A stretch of 64,000 bases of DNA from an uncultured Nitrososphaerales archaeon (lineage in GTDB: Archaea; Thermoproteota; Nitrososphaeria; Nitrososphaerales; Nitrososphaeraceae), in NCBI GenBank assembly GCA_963713605.1, contig CAVQMO010000004.1:1-64000 (forward strand), written 5' to 3'. The stretch's first letter is position 1; the number at the start of each line of letters is the position of its first letter. The notes below the pieces were generated by a model. That model had not been told where the DNA came from and ran no database searches. It worked only from the letters and a program-made list of their open reading frames with translations. The position numbers and the translations under genes were made by a program. Of the stretch, positions 37,862 to 48,799 are shown one piece after another.

Positions 37862-38008
37862 ATAAAGTATAGTACAATAAAGGAGGTATTCAAGCAAGAG
37901 TTTACAACCGTTATCAAACTTGTAGGCAACGGAGCATTAATTTACGTGGACAGGTCATTGATAGGCAAGAAAGTGCATGTGTTCCTAGAGGTAATCGAGG
38001 ATGAATAA
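37862..38008 (+). CDS. DUF2080-like small protein (start uncertain, not in the ORF track)
   Basis: KQEFTTVIKLVGNGALIYVDRSLIGKKVHVFLEVIEDE* fits the GNxAxIxVxxxxIGKKV pattern. There is no canonical in-frame start codon. Confidence 0.55.
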   Translation: MKYSTIKEVFKQEFTTVIKLVGNGALIYVDRSLIGKKVHVFLEVIEDE

Positions 38009-38378
38009 TAAGATGGATTTGAAAAATATGAATGAATTGCTATTTGCCGTTATAGCCATCTTGGCTATTTTGATAACAGCATGCTTTATCAATAATCATT
38101 TCGTCATAGGAACGCCAACAGAAGAAAACAAGACAGTAAACCCCGACAACCTAACAACACTAGATAGAATGCGATTCACAGCAATTCAAATGACAATACT
38201 ATCATTGGAGTCAGAACAACCAACGAATATGTCAAACGACGAAATAGCGGCAAAGATATATGAATATCAACAATCCAACAAAACAATCGATAGATTGACT
38301 ACTTTCGAAATTGAGTCATTGTATAGAAACATAACTAACGGTAGTCAAGTAGGACCTGATGATATGAATGGCAGTTAA
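38001..38378 (+). CDS. Membrane-anchored/secreted hypothetical protein
   Basis: N-terminal hydrophobic helix and several N-x-S/T sequons. Confidence 0.6.
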   Translation: MNNKMDLKNMNELLFAVIAILAILITACFINNHFVIGTPTEENKTVNPDNLTTLDRMRFTAIQMTILSLESEQPTNMSNDEIAAKIYEYQQSNKTIDRLTTFEIESLYRNITNGSQVGPDDMNGS

Positions 38379-38763
38379 AACAAAGTGCGTTCGAGATCCC
38401 GTTGATATAGTACATGATGGACTTAGAGTAATGATTGCAAGATATTGGCCGAAAGGGGTTAATCGGTCAAGTATCGATATGCGATGTATTGCATTAGCAC
38501 CAAGTGAAAGATTAGTCAACCAATGGTTACATCTCAAAAGAGTATGCAAGAAAAACAATGATATGGATTTACTGAATATGGGATGGAATGATTTCAAGAA
38601 TAAACTAATGAATGAATTTAATAGTAATCAACCTCAATTTTCACATCTTATTGAGATGCTTAGACGAATTAATACTCATTCAAATGTAACATTATTATGC
38701 AATGAGAAGAATGACGATCCTTATTGTCATAGGTATATGGTTAAGGAATTAATCGAATTCTAG
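38368..38763 (+). CDS. DUF488 (YeaO-like) family protein
   Basis: DGLRVMIARYWPKGV, LAPS, VTLLC...CHR. Confidence 0.85.
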   Translation: MAVKTKCVRDPVDIVHDGLRVMIARYWPKGVNRSSIDMRCIALAPSERLVNQWLHLKRVCKKNNDMDLLNMGWNDFKNKLMNEFNSNQPQFSHLIEMLRRINTHSNVTLLCNEKNDDPYCHRYMVKELIEF

Positions 38764-39258
38764 ATATGCATACAATGTGTTACACAGCAGCCACAGAGTA
38801 TACATTCTCTGGACAGCTCTTCTGAGGCGTCTTGGTTTGGATAGACTGAAATAATAAAAGAAAAGTGTTTCTTATCCCATCTTTCTTAAGATCTGATAGT
38901 GCATGACATTGTTATGCGTTGATGGAAGCAGTTGGATCTTATATGTATCAGTAAGATATATTGACGGATACTAGTTTTGAGTAACTAGTAGTAGTTTTGT
39001 TTATGAGCCTAAGAGCAGCATACATTAACATCTAGTATGCCGCCTTCAATCGAATCGAGCTCATATCCATCATTGCTCCTCTATCAGAAGTCCGTCTCCC
39101 CGTTAATCAGCGCCAGTCATCTATAATAAATACATCAGGTCGATTATAGCCCATATCAGGTGGATTCAGGTCCACATCTGACTGGTTTTACTACCAAGGA
39201 GACTGTTTTTAACTGGTCTAACTTAATGAATGTATAGTTTAACCTTTTTATAAGGTGA

Positions 39259-39795
39259 TCATTTTCTGCTTCTTTTGACTGTGGTTCTTTTAAGTGACTT
39301 GTTTTTCCTGGATCTTGGTTTAATGTTGGAAGCCTGTCTTCTAAATTTTGTTTTCGTTCTTGTTCCTGATGCAGAAGGTGTTCTAATTCTCTGGATATCT
39401 TTTTGAATTCGTGTCACTTGCTTCTGTAGCTGACTGAGTTGAGATTGAATCTGTTTTATTGATTGTAAAGGTGATTGGCTTGTTCCTGCACCTTTTGTCG
39501 ACTTGGCCTGCTTTTGCTTCTGTATGGATTGAATCATCATTGTTATCTTACTAATCTGATTTCCATGCTTCTCTACTTGCTTTGATATATTTGACAAATA
39601 AGATGTTACTCGCCTCTTAGACTTCTTTTTACTAATTCCGGATTCCTCTTGTACCTGCTCTATTTGTTTGTTCTGTTCTTGCACTTCGTGTTCTGCTGGA
39701 AACGTTTCGACTAGTGAAGCCTGTTCATCTGTCACATCAATTGAAGTAGGTCCTACTTCACTTTCCTCTAACGGTTTATTCATCTCTTCAGTCAT
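39259..39795 (-). CDS. Hypothetical protein with acidic N-terminus, coiled coils and highly basic tail
   Basis: Likely start MTEEMNKP. Its 5' end is also repeated as a remnant at about 51412-51476. Confidence 0.65.
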   Translation of the reverse strand: MTEEMNKPLEESEVGPTSIDVTDEQASLVETFPAEHEVQEQNKQIEQVQEESGISKKKSKRRVTSYLSNISKQVEKHGNQISKITMMIQSIQKQKQAKSTKGAGTSQSPLQSIKQIQSQLSQLQKQVTRIQKDIQRIRTPSASGTRTKTKFRRQASNIKPRSRKNKSLKRTTVKRSRK

Positions 39796-40032
39796 AATAG
39801 AATCCTTCTTCTCTTTCCTCCTGCATGTGCTGTTCTTCGTCTTCATCCTATTTATCTTAGATATATCATCGTACTCCAATCCAACCAACCCAAATCCCCA
39901 TGTAGGATTTACATCGTACTCCAAATGGTATGGTATACATAACAATTTTTGATGTTGAGAAGTGAAATTGAACCGTCATTGAATCCTTTAACGAGGATTC
40001 ATCTAAGGATTGAAATACTGTAACACATATTC

Positions 40033-40505
40033 ATGCTATTAACGAATACTTATATAATGAACTCAGCACCTCCTACGCCAGAAGACGTTGAGGAAAAGAC
40101 AGAAGTTATCTATGGTGCTGAAAATATAATCAATCACGCCTTGAATTTAATATCTGTTCTCAAAAAATCTGTAGATAATTGTACTGATTCTAATGGTCCA
40201 TCGATGTTTATAATTCCTAATCACTCCATAGCAAATGCGTATAGAGAACTAAAAGAAAGAGGGAATAAGATTCATGGCTGAAATTACAAAGGATAACATA
40301 GTGTATTGAAAGGAACTTATGAAGATATGTGAGCTACGTCATTTAGACGAAACCAAAGGGAACTTTGGAATAGCTGATGGGATCTACTATACTGCTGGTG
40401 CAAAAACAGTCGAAACTTCGCCTCCCCCACTACTTATTGAAAGTACGGTAAAGGCTTTTGTGGAATAACAGCAGTACTTTTTTGATATGCTATGGAAAAA
40501 GGCTA
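40033..40505 (+). pseudogene. N-terminal sensor fragment of a histidine-kinase-type gene
   Basis: EKTEVIYGAENI...EITKDNI...ELRHLDETKGNFGIAD...QYFFDMLWKKA, broken by stops and a frameshift. No kinase domain is present. Confidence 0.65.
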
Positions 40506-40761
40506 CGATCTTTACGGATAAAGTCATTGACATCCAAGAACTAAAAGTACAGGGTTACAAGCATAGGATGTGATTATACCCCTTTATTCTAACGGATTCA
40601 GTGACTACTATAACTGCTATAAGGTTAATGGCCCTCACGACATTGGTTTTCATGGTAATTAATGCCAATCATTACCACAATCAAGATGTTAAAATAAAAG
40701 AAAAGTTGCGAGAGAATTAAGTTATTTATTTGCTAATTCTGTCCATCAGATGAACTTGTAT

Positions 40762-41129
40762 TTATTCTGCTGCACCGCCTTCTTCTTCATCACCTTCACT
40801 TCCGGTATTATCTGCATTGCTAGTGCCTTCATCACCAGAAGGGCTATCGGTTGAAGCAGTAGTACCCTCACTACCACTAGCCGTTCCAGTATTGTAAATC
40901 GGAGCGAAGCAATCTCTTATTTGTTGTTCGGAAACAGATCCATCAACCTCAGCATTGGAAAGACAAGATTGGAAGTCCTGATAATCCTGACTAGCTGAAC
41001 TGGTATCTTCACCTGTTCCGTCAGTCTGCGCTATTAATGGCGTAACATAATTCACACTTGCTGGTACAATCAGGTACTAAAACTATTGTTACTATTACAG
41101 CTATAACTTGAGTTTTTTTCTTATCCATT
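40762..41129 (-). CDS. Small secreted acidic protein (frameshift after the signal peptide)
   Basis: MDKKKTQVIAVIVTIVLV leader, two Cys and a Ser/Thr/Glu-rich tail. Confidence 0.55.
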
Positions 41130-41329
41130 GCCAGATAATTATCCGCAATGTATAAAATTATTGGCGTTGGAATGTTTAGAAAGATATATCAGAAATAGTT
41201 GACAAAAATTACACAGTTTCAGCCATCTTGAACTCTATTGAATCTGTGTTCCCCCATTATTGCTAGTATCAGTGAAAACAGTTATCGTCATTATTATCAT
41301 TCCCATTCAGCTGTATTTTTTTCTGCTAT

Positions 41330-41759
41330 TACTTTTGTAGGTTTTATGCGTACTAGAATTGCACCTTCAGGTACTATTTCTTTTACCATATTCTTCTGCA
41401 TTATCAATTCCTATATACCGCTTTGCTATTTTGGTAGCCCACTTGAAAAGTTCATTCTGTTTGAGATGATATATTTTTGCATTACCGAATAGTTACAAAG
41501 AAAACTGAGGTGTCTGAACGTCAACACAAATGCTTACTCTATTATCACGTTGGATGTTTCTTGCCTTAAGTGAGCTGTCATAAGTGGTAAAAACGACATC
41601 TCCAACTGCTCGTTTTCTTGTTCGGTCTTTTTGGTCGTCCAAAACAAACCATATCGGAATCACGTGTGGACTTTCATCTTTCTTAATTGTAGCAAGTTTT
41701 GCTGTAAAAGTGCCTTGCATAAGAAACTGTTTAATTTCTTTTCTGGACATTTCTGTCAT
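41330..41759 (-). CDS. PPOX-class F420-dependent oxidoreductase (frameshift near 41495)
   Basis: TFTAKLATIKKDESPHVIPIWF...KARNIQRDNRVSICVD, continuing downstream as YGKRNSxxGAILVRIKPTK. Confidence 0.75.
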
Positions 41760-42091
41760 TATTTTTATAACCCTCTAGCTTTTTAAAAAGTAATTCACCT
41801 CCTCTGAGCTCTCAAGTCAAATCATTGCAGAACATTCTTCGTCAGATCATAATAATCTCTATGTGATTCTATTGAAAAACCTGGAAAACAGATCTTGTAC
41901 TATTTGCTTAGGATTAAGTAGTAACAATCAGTGCATATTTTTAGTATATTAATATTCAAAAATATAAAATTCATAATCAGAAATGCTATTAGTTGCTCAC
42001 TGATATGGCTTAACAGTCAGATCTAGGGATGTATTACTAACTCTAATTCATTCTCAGTTGAAAATATAGAAGATAATATTTTTTTCTTTTA

Positions 42092-42487
42092 TTATTTGAG
42101 AATTTCCTTAATCTTCTGATTTTCTATCAAATTATCTATAAACCTACTATATTCTTCTATTAGTGGTTCCTTTCGAGGGTGATGTATTAATATTGCATCT
42201 AATGCTTTTAATTTCCAGTAATAGAGTGAGCCCATTGCAATTGTAGATTCGGCCTCATAAACTACTTTACCTAATGAAGTTAAAACATACTTCCGTTTTT
42301 CTCTTTTGATCAATCCAACCTTCATCATACGGGATATTCTTCTGTAGTATTGCCTTGCTGTGAATTTAAATTGTTTTTTAAATAGATCGTTATTACTATT
42401 ATCTGTGGTAGCAATTGCTTTAAAGATGACTAACGATATCTCATCAGAAATTGCATATATAATATCAGCTTCAGCCACACCTATCAC
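42092..42487 (-). CDS. Winged-helix regulator
   Basis: AISDEISLVIF...RQYYRRISRMMKVGLI...YVLTSLG. Confidence 0.75.
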   Translation of the reverse strand: MIGVAEADIIYAISDEISLVIFKAIATTDNSNNDLFKKQFKFTARQYYRRISRMMKVGLIKREKRKYVLTSLGKVVYEAESTIAMGSLYYWKLKALDAILIHHPRKEPLIEEYSRFIDNLIENQKIKEILK

Positions 42488-42883
42488 AATTATTTTTCAA
42501 TGCTTGATAAAAAGAGAAACAATATATATCGCTACTCTTCCTGGTCAAGGAAACAAATACAATAGAGTTACCGTGAATAGCCACAAATTGAATCCATGCC
42601 ATTACTATTCCGATTTAAAATTAAATCATAAGACTTTTTACCATTATTAAAGTCGTATGAATCGTTCAGACGAAAGAACGTTCTACTTAAAATCTACTGC
42701 AATCAAAATTAGTTGTAAAATTATAATGTTATCTTGATGCTTAGAAAAGATGAATATCTAATCCATCTGTAGGATGATACTCATATATTATTTTATAGAA
42801 TTTTTCATTTGACGACCACAAATATTATTGCTATTTACAGCCCTTAAAAATTCTGTAACCGATAAGGTATACACTATTTATAA

Positions 42884-44014
42884 ATGAAAGGGTATTGTAC
42901 CCAAATAATGCAACACACCCAACACTTTCGTCAAAAAGTTACCACAAATGGTGAAAAAATAATCAAAGCTACGAATGACGGAAGTGAAAAACCGGTAATT
43001 AACAACAGAACATCGACAATAGGATCTAAAAGGATCTTCAATAAACTGCAAGTAAATTACATCAATAATTACAATGCCGTCTTGCAACTTTTGAGAGCTT
43101 TTGTATATTATGTGAAAGCACGATCAAATGTATACATATTTGCCTTTGCTACGCTTATATCACTAATACTGGGATTTCATGGAAATGCAGTAGATTACGG
43201 TATTGCTATTTGTGTAGTGTGTGCTAGTTATTTTATGGCACTTGCAACTTATATTTATAATGACATAGTAGATTTTGAAGTAGATAAAATAAATAAGACA
43301 AATAGACCCTCGATGACTGGAAAAGCTACAAAAAGACAACTTATTATTATAGTATCTGTTTTAAACGGGATTGCATTATTGCTCACATCCCTTGCAAGTT
43401 TAAATGCCTTGTATGTTTCAGTATTGTTTATTTCATTAGGCATTGCGTACTCGCATCCAAGTTTAGGTCTTAAAGAGAAATTTCCTTTGAAAACAGTGGT
43501 AACTGCTGCTGGCGCAGGATTATTATCTCTTTTAGGAGGAACTGCTGCTCTTACTGCAACGAATAGCAATTATGTCGAAAATAATTCTTTCTCCTCTTCA
43601 TCTATGCTACCAATAGTATATGCTGCATTATTCTTTTTTGCTTTCTTTTTTATTTTAGGACCTCTTGGAGATATTGGAGATTTGAAGGGGGATAAAATAG
43701 TTGGTAGACGTACATTTCCAATAGTTCTTGGAATAAGGTCAACTATAACAATAATGCTCTCCGTACCTCTAATAATAATGCTCATGTCAATATCAGTAGC
43801 TTACTATGTTTACGATAACGATATGAAAAATGGAGCCATATTCATGCATCTATCAGGAATATCCCTTATTGTGAGCACTTGTATGGCTACATTGGCGTTT
43901 ATTCTAAGAATAAGCAAAAAAGTGAACGATACATTGACAATCAAGGCCACGAGGCCAAAAATGAGGTTTCTCCATATTTTGCTACAAATTTCATTACTTG
44001 TAACATTCTTATGA
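42884..44014 (+). CDS. UbiA-family prenyltransferase (DGGGP-synthase-like paralog)
   Basis: YNDIVDFEVDKINKTNRP and DIGDLKGD motifs, with multiple TM helices. Confidence 0.9.
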   Translation: MKGYCTQIMQHTQHFRQKVTTNGEKIIKATNDGSEKPVINNRTSTIGSKRIFNKLQVNYINNYNAVLQLLRAFVYYVKARSNVYIFAFATLISLILGFHGNAVDYGIAICVVCASYFMALATYIYNDIVDFEVDKINKTNRPSMTGKATKRQLIIIVSVLNGIALLLTSLASLNALYVSVLFISLGIAYSHPSLGLKEKFPLKTVVTAAGAGLLSLLGGTAALTATNSNYVENNSFSSSSMLPIVYAALFFFAFFFILGPLGDIGDLKGDKIVGRRTFPIVLGIRSTITIMLSVPLIIMLMSISVAYYVYDNDMKNGAIFMHLSGISLIVSTCMATLAFILRISKKVNDTLTIKATRPKMRFLHILLQISLLVTFL

Positions 44015-44086
44015 ATATTTGTTAGCCACAAGGAAAGAAAAATAAACCTTGATTTCTCAGATTATATGCACAAAATTCACTGGATA

Positions 44087-45088
44087 TTACTGTACTGCTT
44101 TTTGTACGCTGCTGCCATAACTGGTGTGATTCGGTACTTCTTCTGTATTATGAGTGTATGAAGAAGAAGTAAAAGAAGTGTTAGTCCATATTTCATAGTA
44201 GAGCTCCTGCATTATTTTTAAAGTCTTTTCATCCCCTTTGATGAAGATCACACCATAGAAATCCTTTGGATCATTCCAGTTGACTATTTCTATAGCTACT
44301 TCATTGTCGTCTAATATAATCATGCTAAATGGAATACTAGCTATCCTTCTACTTACTTTGCCTGGATACCACGGATTGGACACAACATTCATCCGCTCAC
44401 TAGTGTTTTTGTCATTATCTCTTAACTTTAAAGTCTTACCTTCTGCTTCAAAATATTGCTTAACCAGATTTGAGTCAGTTAGTACTTTAACATCGATTCC
44501 TGAAGAGTTTGCTTTGCGGAGTATACTGTTGATTATTATTTCATTAAGGTACCTACTTGCAAGCAGGATTTCATTCTTGCAGAATTCGATCCTTTCGACC
44601 ATTGCTGATACCATGTCCTGATATGTCCATACAAATTCGATTTTTATTGATGATGCGTTTGAATCTGTTGGGATACTGATTTTATTACCTGTAACCCTCC
44701 TAACAAAATTAGCAATCTCATCTTTAGAGAATTGTTTAGTATGCTTCAAAGTATCAACCATTTTCATCTGTTTTATATTTTTTAACTCTTCTATTAAGCT
44801 GAGAATATGATTTTGATAAATTATATTTCCGAGTGTTGTGTGTTTATAAACGCCGTCAGATTTTTCAACTAAACCTGCATTTATTAGCTGTTTTAATCTA
44901 GTATAGTATACTTTCTTTGATATCCCAAGCTTTTGTATGGTAGATGATTTGGCCTCAAGACCTTCATTATTATTACTATCACCATCTGCAAGCATAAAAA
45001 TACTCAAATTATCTTTCCTTGACAAGATAGAAAGTAACTTTGCCGAGTTTTTGACTGAATGAGGATCAATAAGAGCATTTCTAACCAT
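44087..45088 (-). CDS. wHTH regulator with C-terminal TrmB/PLD-like domain
   Basis: KVYYTRLKQLINAGLV..YKHTTLG, then EILLASRY...FSMIILDDNEV...YYEIW. Confidence 0.75.
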   Translation of the reverse strand: MVRNALIDPHSVKNSAKLLSILSRKDNLSIFMLADGDSNNNEGLEAKSSTIQKLGISKKVYYTRLKQLINAGLVEKSDGVYKHTTLGNIIYQNHILSLIEELKNIKQMKMVDTLKHTKQFSKDEIANFVRRVTGNKISIPTDSNASSIKIEFVWTYQDMVSAMVERIEFCKNEILLASRYLNEIIINSILRKANSSGIDVKVLTDSNLVKQYFEAEGKTLKLRDNDKNTSERMNVVSNPWYPGKVSRRIASIPFSMIILDDNEVAIEIVNWNDPKDFYGVIFIKGDEKTLKIMQELYYEIWTNTSFTSSSYTHNTEEVPNHTSYGSSVQKAVQ

Positions 45089-45584
45089 TAGACACAGAAT
45101 ATTAGAATCTTTTTATATATATATTTTTTATGATTTTATGATACATTCGCTATATTCCCTTAGAATGAAAAAGATTTAGCAACTGAATCAAATTTGTTGT
45201 TAGACTCTTCTCATACTACTTCTCTTCATGCTGTAACTCATCCTATAGATTTATCTTAACTAATATTTGCTATAACTTTGAATAGAATATCAGAAGGTTA
45301 TTTCAATTATTTATGATAATAATCTTAATGTAACATCACTAGTGATATGAACTATATTCTAACTACGGTAAATCATGTAAACTAGGTATGATGAACTAGT
45401 ATTCAAGTCCAAGTACAAATTTTCAAAATAGAAGGGGTGTTAGTGTTAATTCAAAGATATATCTTTTTTTGCTAGTTTTCATGTACTCCTTGTCTTTTTC
45501 CCCCATATCTTTCTCTTTGACTTTCATTCTCCCAAGTACATCATTTGCTTGTTTGATCTGCTTGATTTCTGATGCTGTACTTTA

Positions 45585-45758
45585 TTACCTTTCCTGCACA
45601 TGTGTCGCACATGTGTCACAGTATTTTTCTATGAGGATAGCTCCATCACCTACAGCGAATAATGCTTCCTGTGTGGCCTTGTTACCGCAGGCTACACAGA
45701 ATTTTGTCTTATCACTATGATCAACAAATGCCCTTAACATTGAAAATATTCTTTCCAT
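45585..45758 (-). CDS. 57-aa C4 zinc-finger microprotein (copy 2)
   Basis: Identical to 32067-32240. Confidence 0.7.
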   Translation of the reverse strand: MERIFSMLRAFVDHSDKTKFCVACGNKATQEALFAVGDGAILIEKYCDTCATHVQER

Positions 45759-46000
45759 TCTATTCTTTCACCCTTACGAAGGTTTCGTTGATTGTATTTC
45801 TTGGCAATACTGCAATCATCGCATCTGCAGCAACTATGAATTTCGGATTGTTTCTCATCGTTATATGTAGTTATCATACATATAAGAACTTGTACTCCAT
45901 AATAACTAAACTGAGCCTATTACTGACTAGAGTATGCTATATCGAGGGGGAGGTAAATATTGAAAGAAAAAGGATGCGAGAGAATTAGGTTATCTGCTTA

Positions 46001-46225
46001 CTAATTCTGTCCGTCAGATGCTTCTTCATTGTTGCTATCCCCATTGTCTAAGTCTTCACTATCTTCCGCTGGCGGCGATTGTGGTTCCTCCTCCGCTGGC
46101 GCTACAGGCTCACAGTTAGGAAGTGTTCCTGTAGTTCCTTCTGGGCATTCTTCAGATAGAGGTGAAGCCAAGCCTTGTGGTCTCACAATTAGGGGGAATT
46201 CCTGTAAATCCTTCTTTACACCCCA
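46001..46225 (-). pseudogene. C-terminal remnant of a secreted protein with CxEGxTGxxPNCE repeats
   Basis: CKEGFTGIP.NCE and CPEGTTGTLPNCE followed by an acidic tail. It abuts the rad50-like stop codon. Confidence 0.55.
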
Positions 46226-48796
46226 TTATAGTTTGACAGGTGTATAAACAACCTGTCTATTACCATTTTCATCACTCTTTAGAGTAATCGAATGATAATC
46301 ACCAAATTCCGTTTCCGTATGAGTTACAAGGAAGATCTGTTTGAAGCTTATAGCCTGAGTAAGCATACTAACTAGGATCTTTCTTCTGGTTGAATCCAAA
46401 CTTGCCATTGGTTCATCCATTATTATAGAATTAATTATTGGTGGCTTCCTCTCTGAGTTCTTGAAGGGCTTTATCCTTGCCATCAACTTGGACATTGCAA
46501 TTCTTAATGCCAGTCCTAGAGCAGTTTCATCGCCTCCGCTTAACTGATCTTTATTCTTTATTACATTGTCCTTACTATCCATAAGTGTTATTTCCAATCC
46601 ATGAGATTCCATACCTCCTCTCACTCTTCTTATGGTGGAAGAAATTTTATCTATAGCATAGCGACCTTCTGTGAGCTGTGCCATGTAATCGTTTGTAGCA
46701 TGTCTTAATACTCCTACCATTTTTCCTTCCACTACATAGTTTGAAATGAATCCGTCGATCTCACCTCGTAAATATTTTACGTGTCGTAATTCATTCTCTT
46801 TATCAGATAAAATTCTTACTTTTTGCGAGAGCTTCTTTATATTAGATTCCCTATTTTTTATGTCATCTTTTAATGCCGAGGCTTGCTTAGTAAGTATGTC
46901 TAAGAATCTTCTCTTGGCACCAAGACTATTTTCCATAGTTTTCCTTTTAATAATAATTTCATCAATAGTGTTGCAATGTAGATTTTTTAATAAATCATCT
47001 AGACTTGTAACCAAAAGTTCTTGCAGATATTCTTGCAGCTTACTCTTCAATTGGTCAATATCATTAACTATATTTTTCTTTAGATTTTCTAATTTTGATA
47101 GCTCATTTCCATACTTCTTGTACTGTATATTTTCTTCATCTATCTGTTCTTTGATTCGGTGTATCTCCTTTCTATAATACTCTATTTCCAATCTTAGACT
47201 TGTTCTTTCTGAAATGACGTCGCGGACTGTCGAAAAACCCAGAAATGACAGGAGATCCTCGATTGATTTTGTATGATGTAAATCAAGTATGGAGCGAGCA
47301 TTTTTTCTGTGATTTATAAGACTATCACAAAGTGGAAGCATATTTTGTAATACGACTTTAGTTTTGTTTTTGGTGTCTAGCTTCTTGTGTACTTCATCAT
47401 GTTCATCCTTTGCTTGTTTAACCTGAAAATTGACATTATCATAATCAGAGTCTATTTCTCTTATTTCGTTACCTAATTCTGTTACCATCTTTCCTTTGTC
47501 ATCGACTGATTTGTTACAGACAGGACATTTCATCCTCTCTACGATATACTTTATGCTATTCTTTTTTATGCCAGAAATGACTTCGTTAGATATTAGAATC
47601 TGATTCAAATACTCAATATTATTATGTAAAGTATTCTCATATTTTTCTAAACTTTTTACTACATTAGATATTTCTTGTAACTGATTATTCATCTGTTCTG
47701 GCTGAGAAACTGGATCAAAATTTAAGGTAATTGAAGAACGCTCTACAACTTGCTTAATTTGATTTTCATATGTTTTTATCCCCATAAATAATCTATCCAA
47801 TTGCAGTAGATTTTCATCGTTTGGAAGACTCTCTAAGGCCTGTTGTACAACAGCTTTCTGATCGTCTAGATCCTTCATGGATATTTTTAAGGTGTCTATT
47901 CTCTCATCCTGACTTGTTACGTAATAGGTCTTTTCCACTAAGGAACTATTAACTAATGCAAGCTCATTATTTTTGTTTGTTATATCCATATCGTTGTTCT
48001 TAATCCTCCTCAGTGTGTCCTCAGATGGCAAATTCGAAAGACTTTCGAGAGTTTTATTCAAGTCAGATTCAGATTCAATGCATTCTTTTTCTTTGACTCC
48101 TAATTCATTTTCTCTCTTGATAAGTTCCGCCTTTTCAATAGCAAGAACTCCAACCTCTTCTTTTAGTAAATTGATAGAGTCTTGAAGATCTGTGCTAAGT
48201 TTCGAGAGATCGTTTTTGACCCTATCGAATTCATCAAGTCCAAAAAGTGTAGTGATTAACCTCCTTAATTCTACTGGATCTGCTAATGCTAGTCTGTCTA
48301 CATCCTTTTGTCTAACATATACCGTCTTTTCAATTATAGAAGCACTAACTCCTAACATCCGTTCAACTTCTTCGTTAACCGATCTGGGCCTATTAACTAT
48401 CACAGTAAATTTATCATCCTCATCAATATCATGTTCGTTCACTTTTTTAGATAAGACAGCGTCTTCATTAAAATCAATTTCACCTTTTTGAGTTCTTGAT
48501 CTCTTGATTGTAAGTTTTCTTACTATCCGATATATGGTTCCTCCAAGATCAAAAGTGACATCGATCTTGCAACTTGATTCACCAGCTTTAACAAGTGTTT
48601 TTCGTTGCTGATCTTCTATCAATTCGTCACCCAGAAGGCCCCATAATATTGCTTGAATGAAGCTAGTCTTACCCATAGAGTTGTTACCAGTTATAACGAA
48701 TAGGCCTTCAGGAAACTCTGGATCCTGAGGATCATCAGGAAGCAGCACATTTGTATATGGTTTAAAGTTCTCGATTTCGATTCTCAATATCTTCAA
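46226..48796 (-). CDS. Rad50/SbcC-like SMC-family ATPase
   Basis: IENFKPY, Walker A GNNSMGKT, Q-loop YVRQKD, central zinc hook CPVC, signature LSGGD, Walker B IMDEP, H-loop LVTH. Confidence 0.93.
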   Translation of the reverse strand: MKILRIEIENFKPYTNVLLPDDPQDPEFPEGLFVITGNNSMGKTSFIQAILWGLLGDELIEDQQRKTLVKAGESSCKIDVTFDLGGTIYRIVRKLTIKRSRTQKGEIDFNEDAVLSKKVNEHDIDEDDKFTVIVNRPRSVNEEVERMLGVSASIIEKTVYVRQKDVDRLALADPVELRRLITTLFGLDEFDRVKNDLSKLSTDLQDSINLLKEEVGVLAIEKAELIKRENELGVKEKECIESESDLNKTLESLSNLPSEDTLRRIKNNDMDITNKNNELALVNSSLVEKTYYVTSQDERIDTLKISMKDLDDQKAVVQQALESLPNDENLLQLDRLFMGIKTYENQIKQVVERSSITLNFDPVSQPEQMNNQLQEISNVVKSLEKYENTLHNNIEYLNQILISNEVISGIKKNSIKYIVERMKCPVCNKSVDDKGKMVTELGNEIREIDSDYDNVNFQVKQAKDEHDEVHKKLDTKNKTKVVLQNMLPLCDSLINHRKNARSILDLHHTKSIEDLLSFLGFSTVRDVISERTSLRLEIEYYRKEIHRIKEQIDEENIQYKKYGNELSKLENLKKNIVNDIDQLKSKLQEYLQELLVTSLDDLLKNLHCNTIDEIIIKRKTMENSLGAKRRFLDILTKQASALKDDIKNRESNIKKLSQKVRILSDKENELRHVKYLRGEIDGFISNYVVEGKMVGVLRHATNDYMAQLTEGRYAIDKISSTIRRVRGGMESHGLEITLMDSKDNVIKNKDQLSGGDETALGLALRIAMSKLMARIKPFKNSERKPPIINSIIMDEPMASLDSTRRKILVSMLTQAISFKQIFLVTHTETEFGDYHSITLKSDENGNRQVVYTPVKL

Positions 48797-48799
48797 AAA

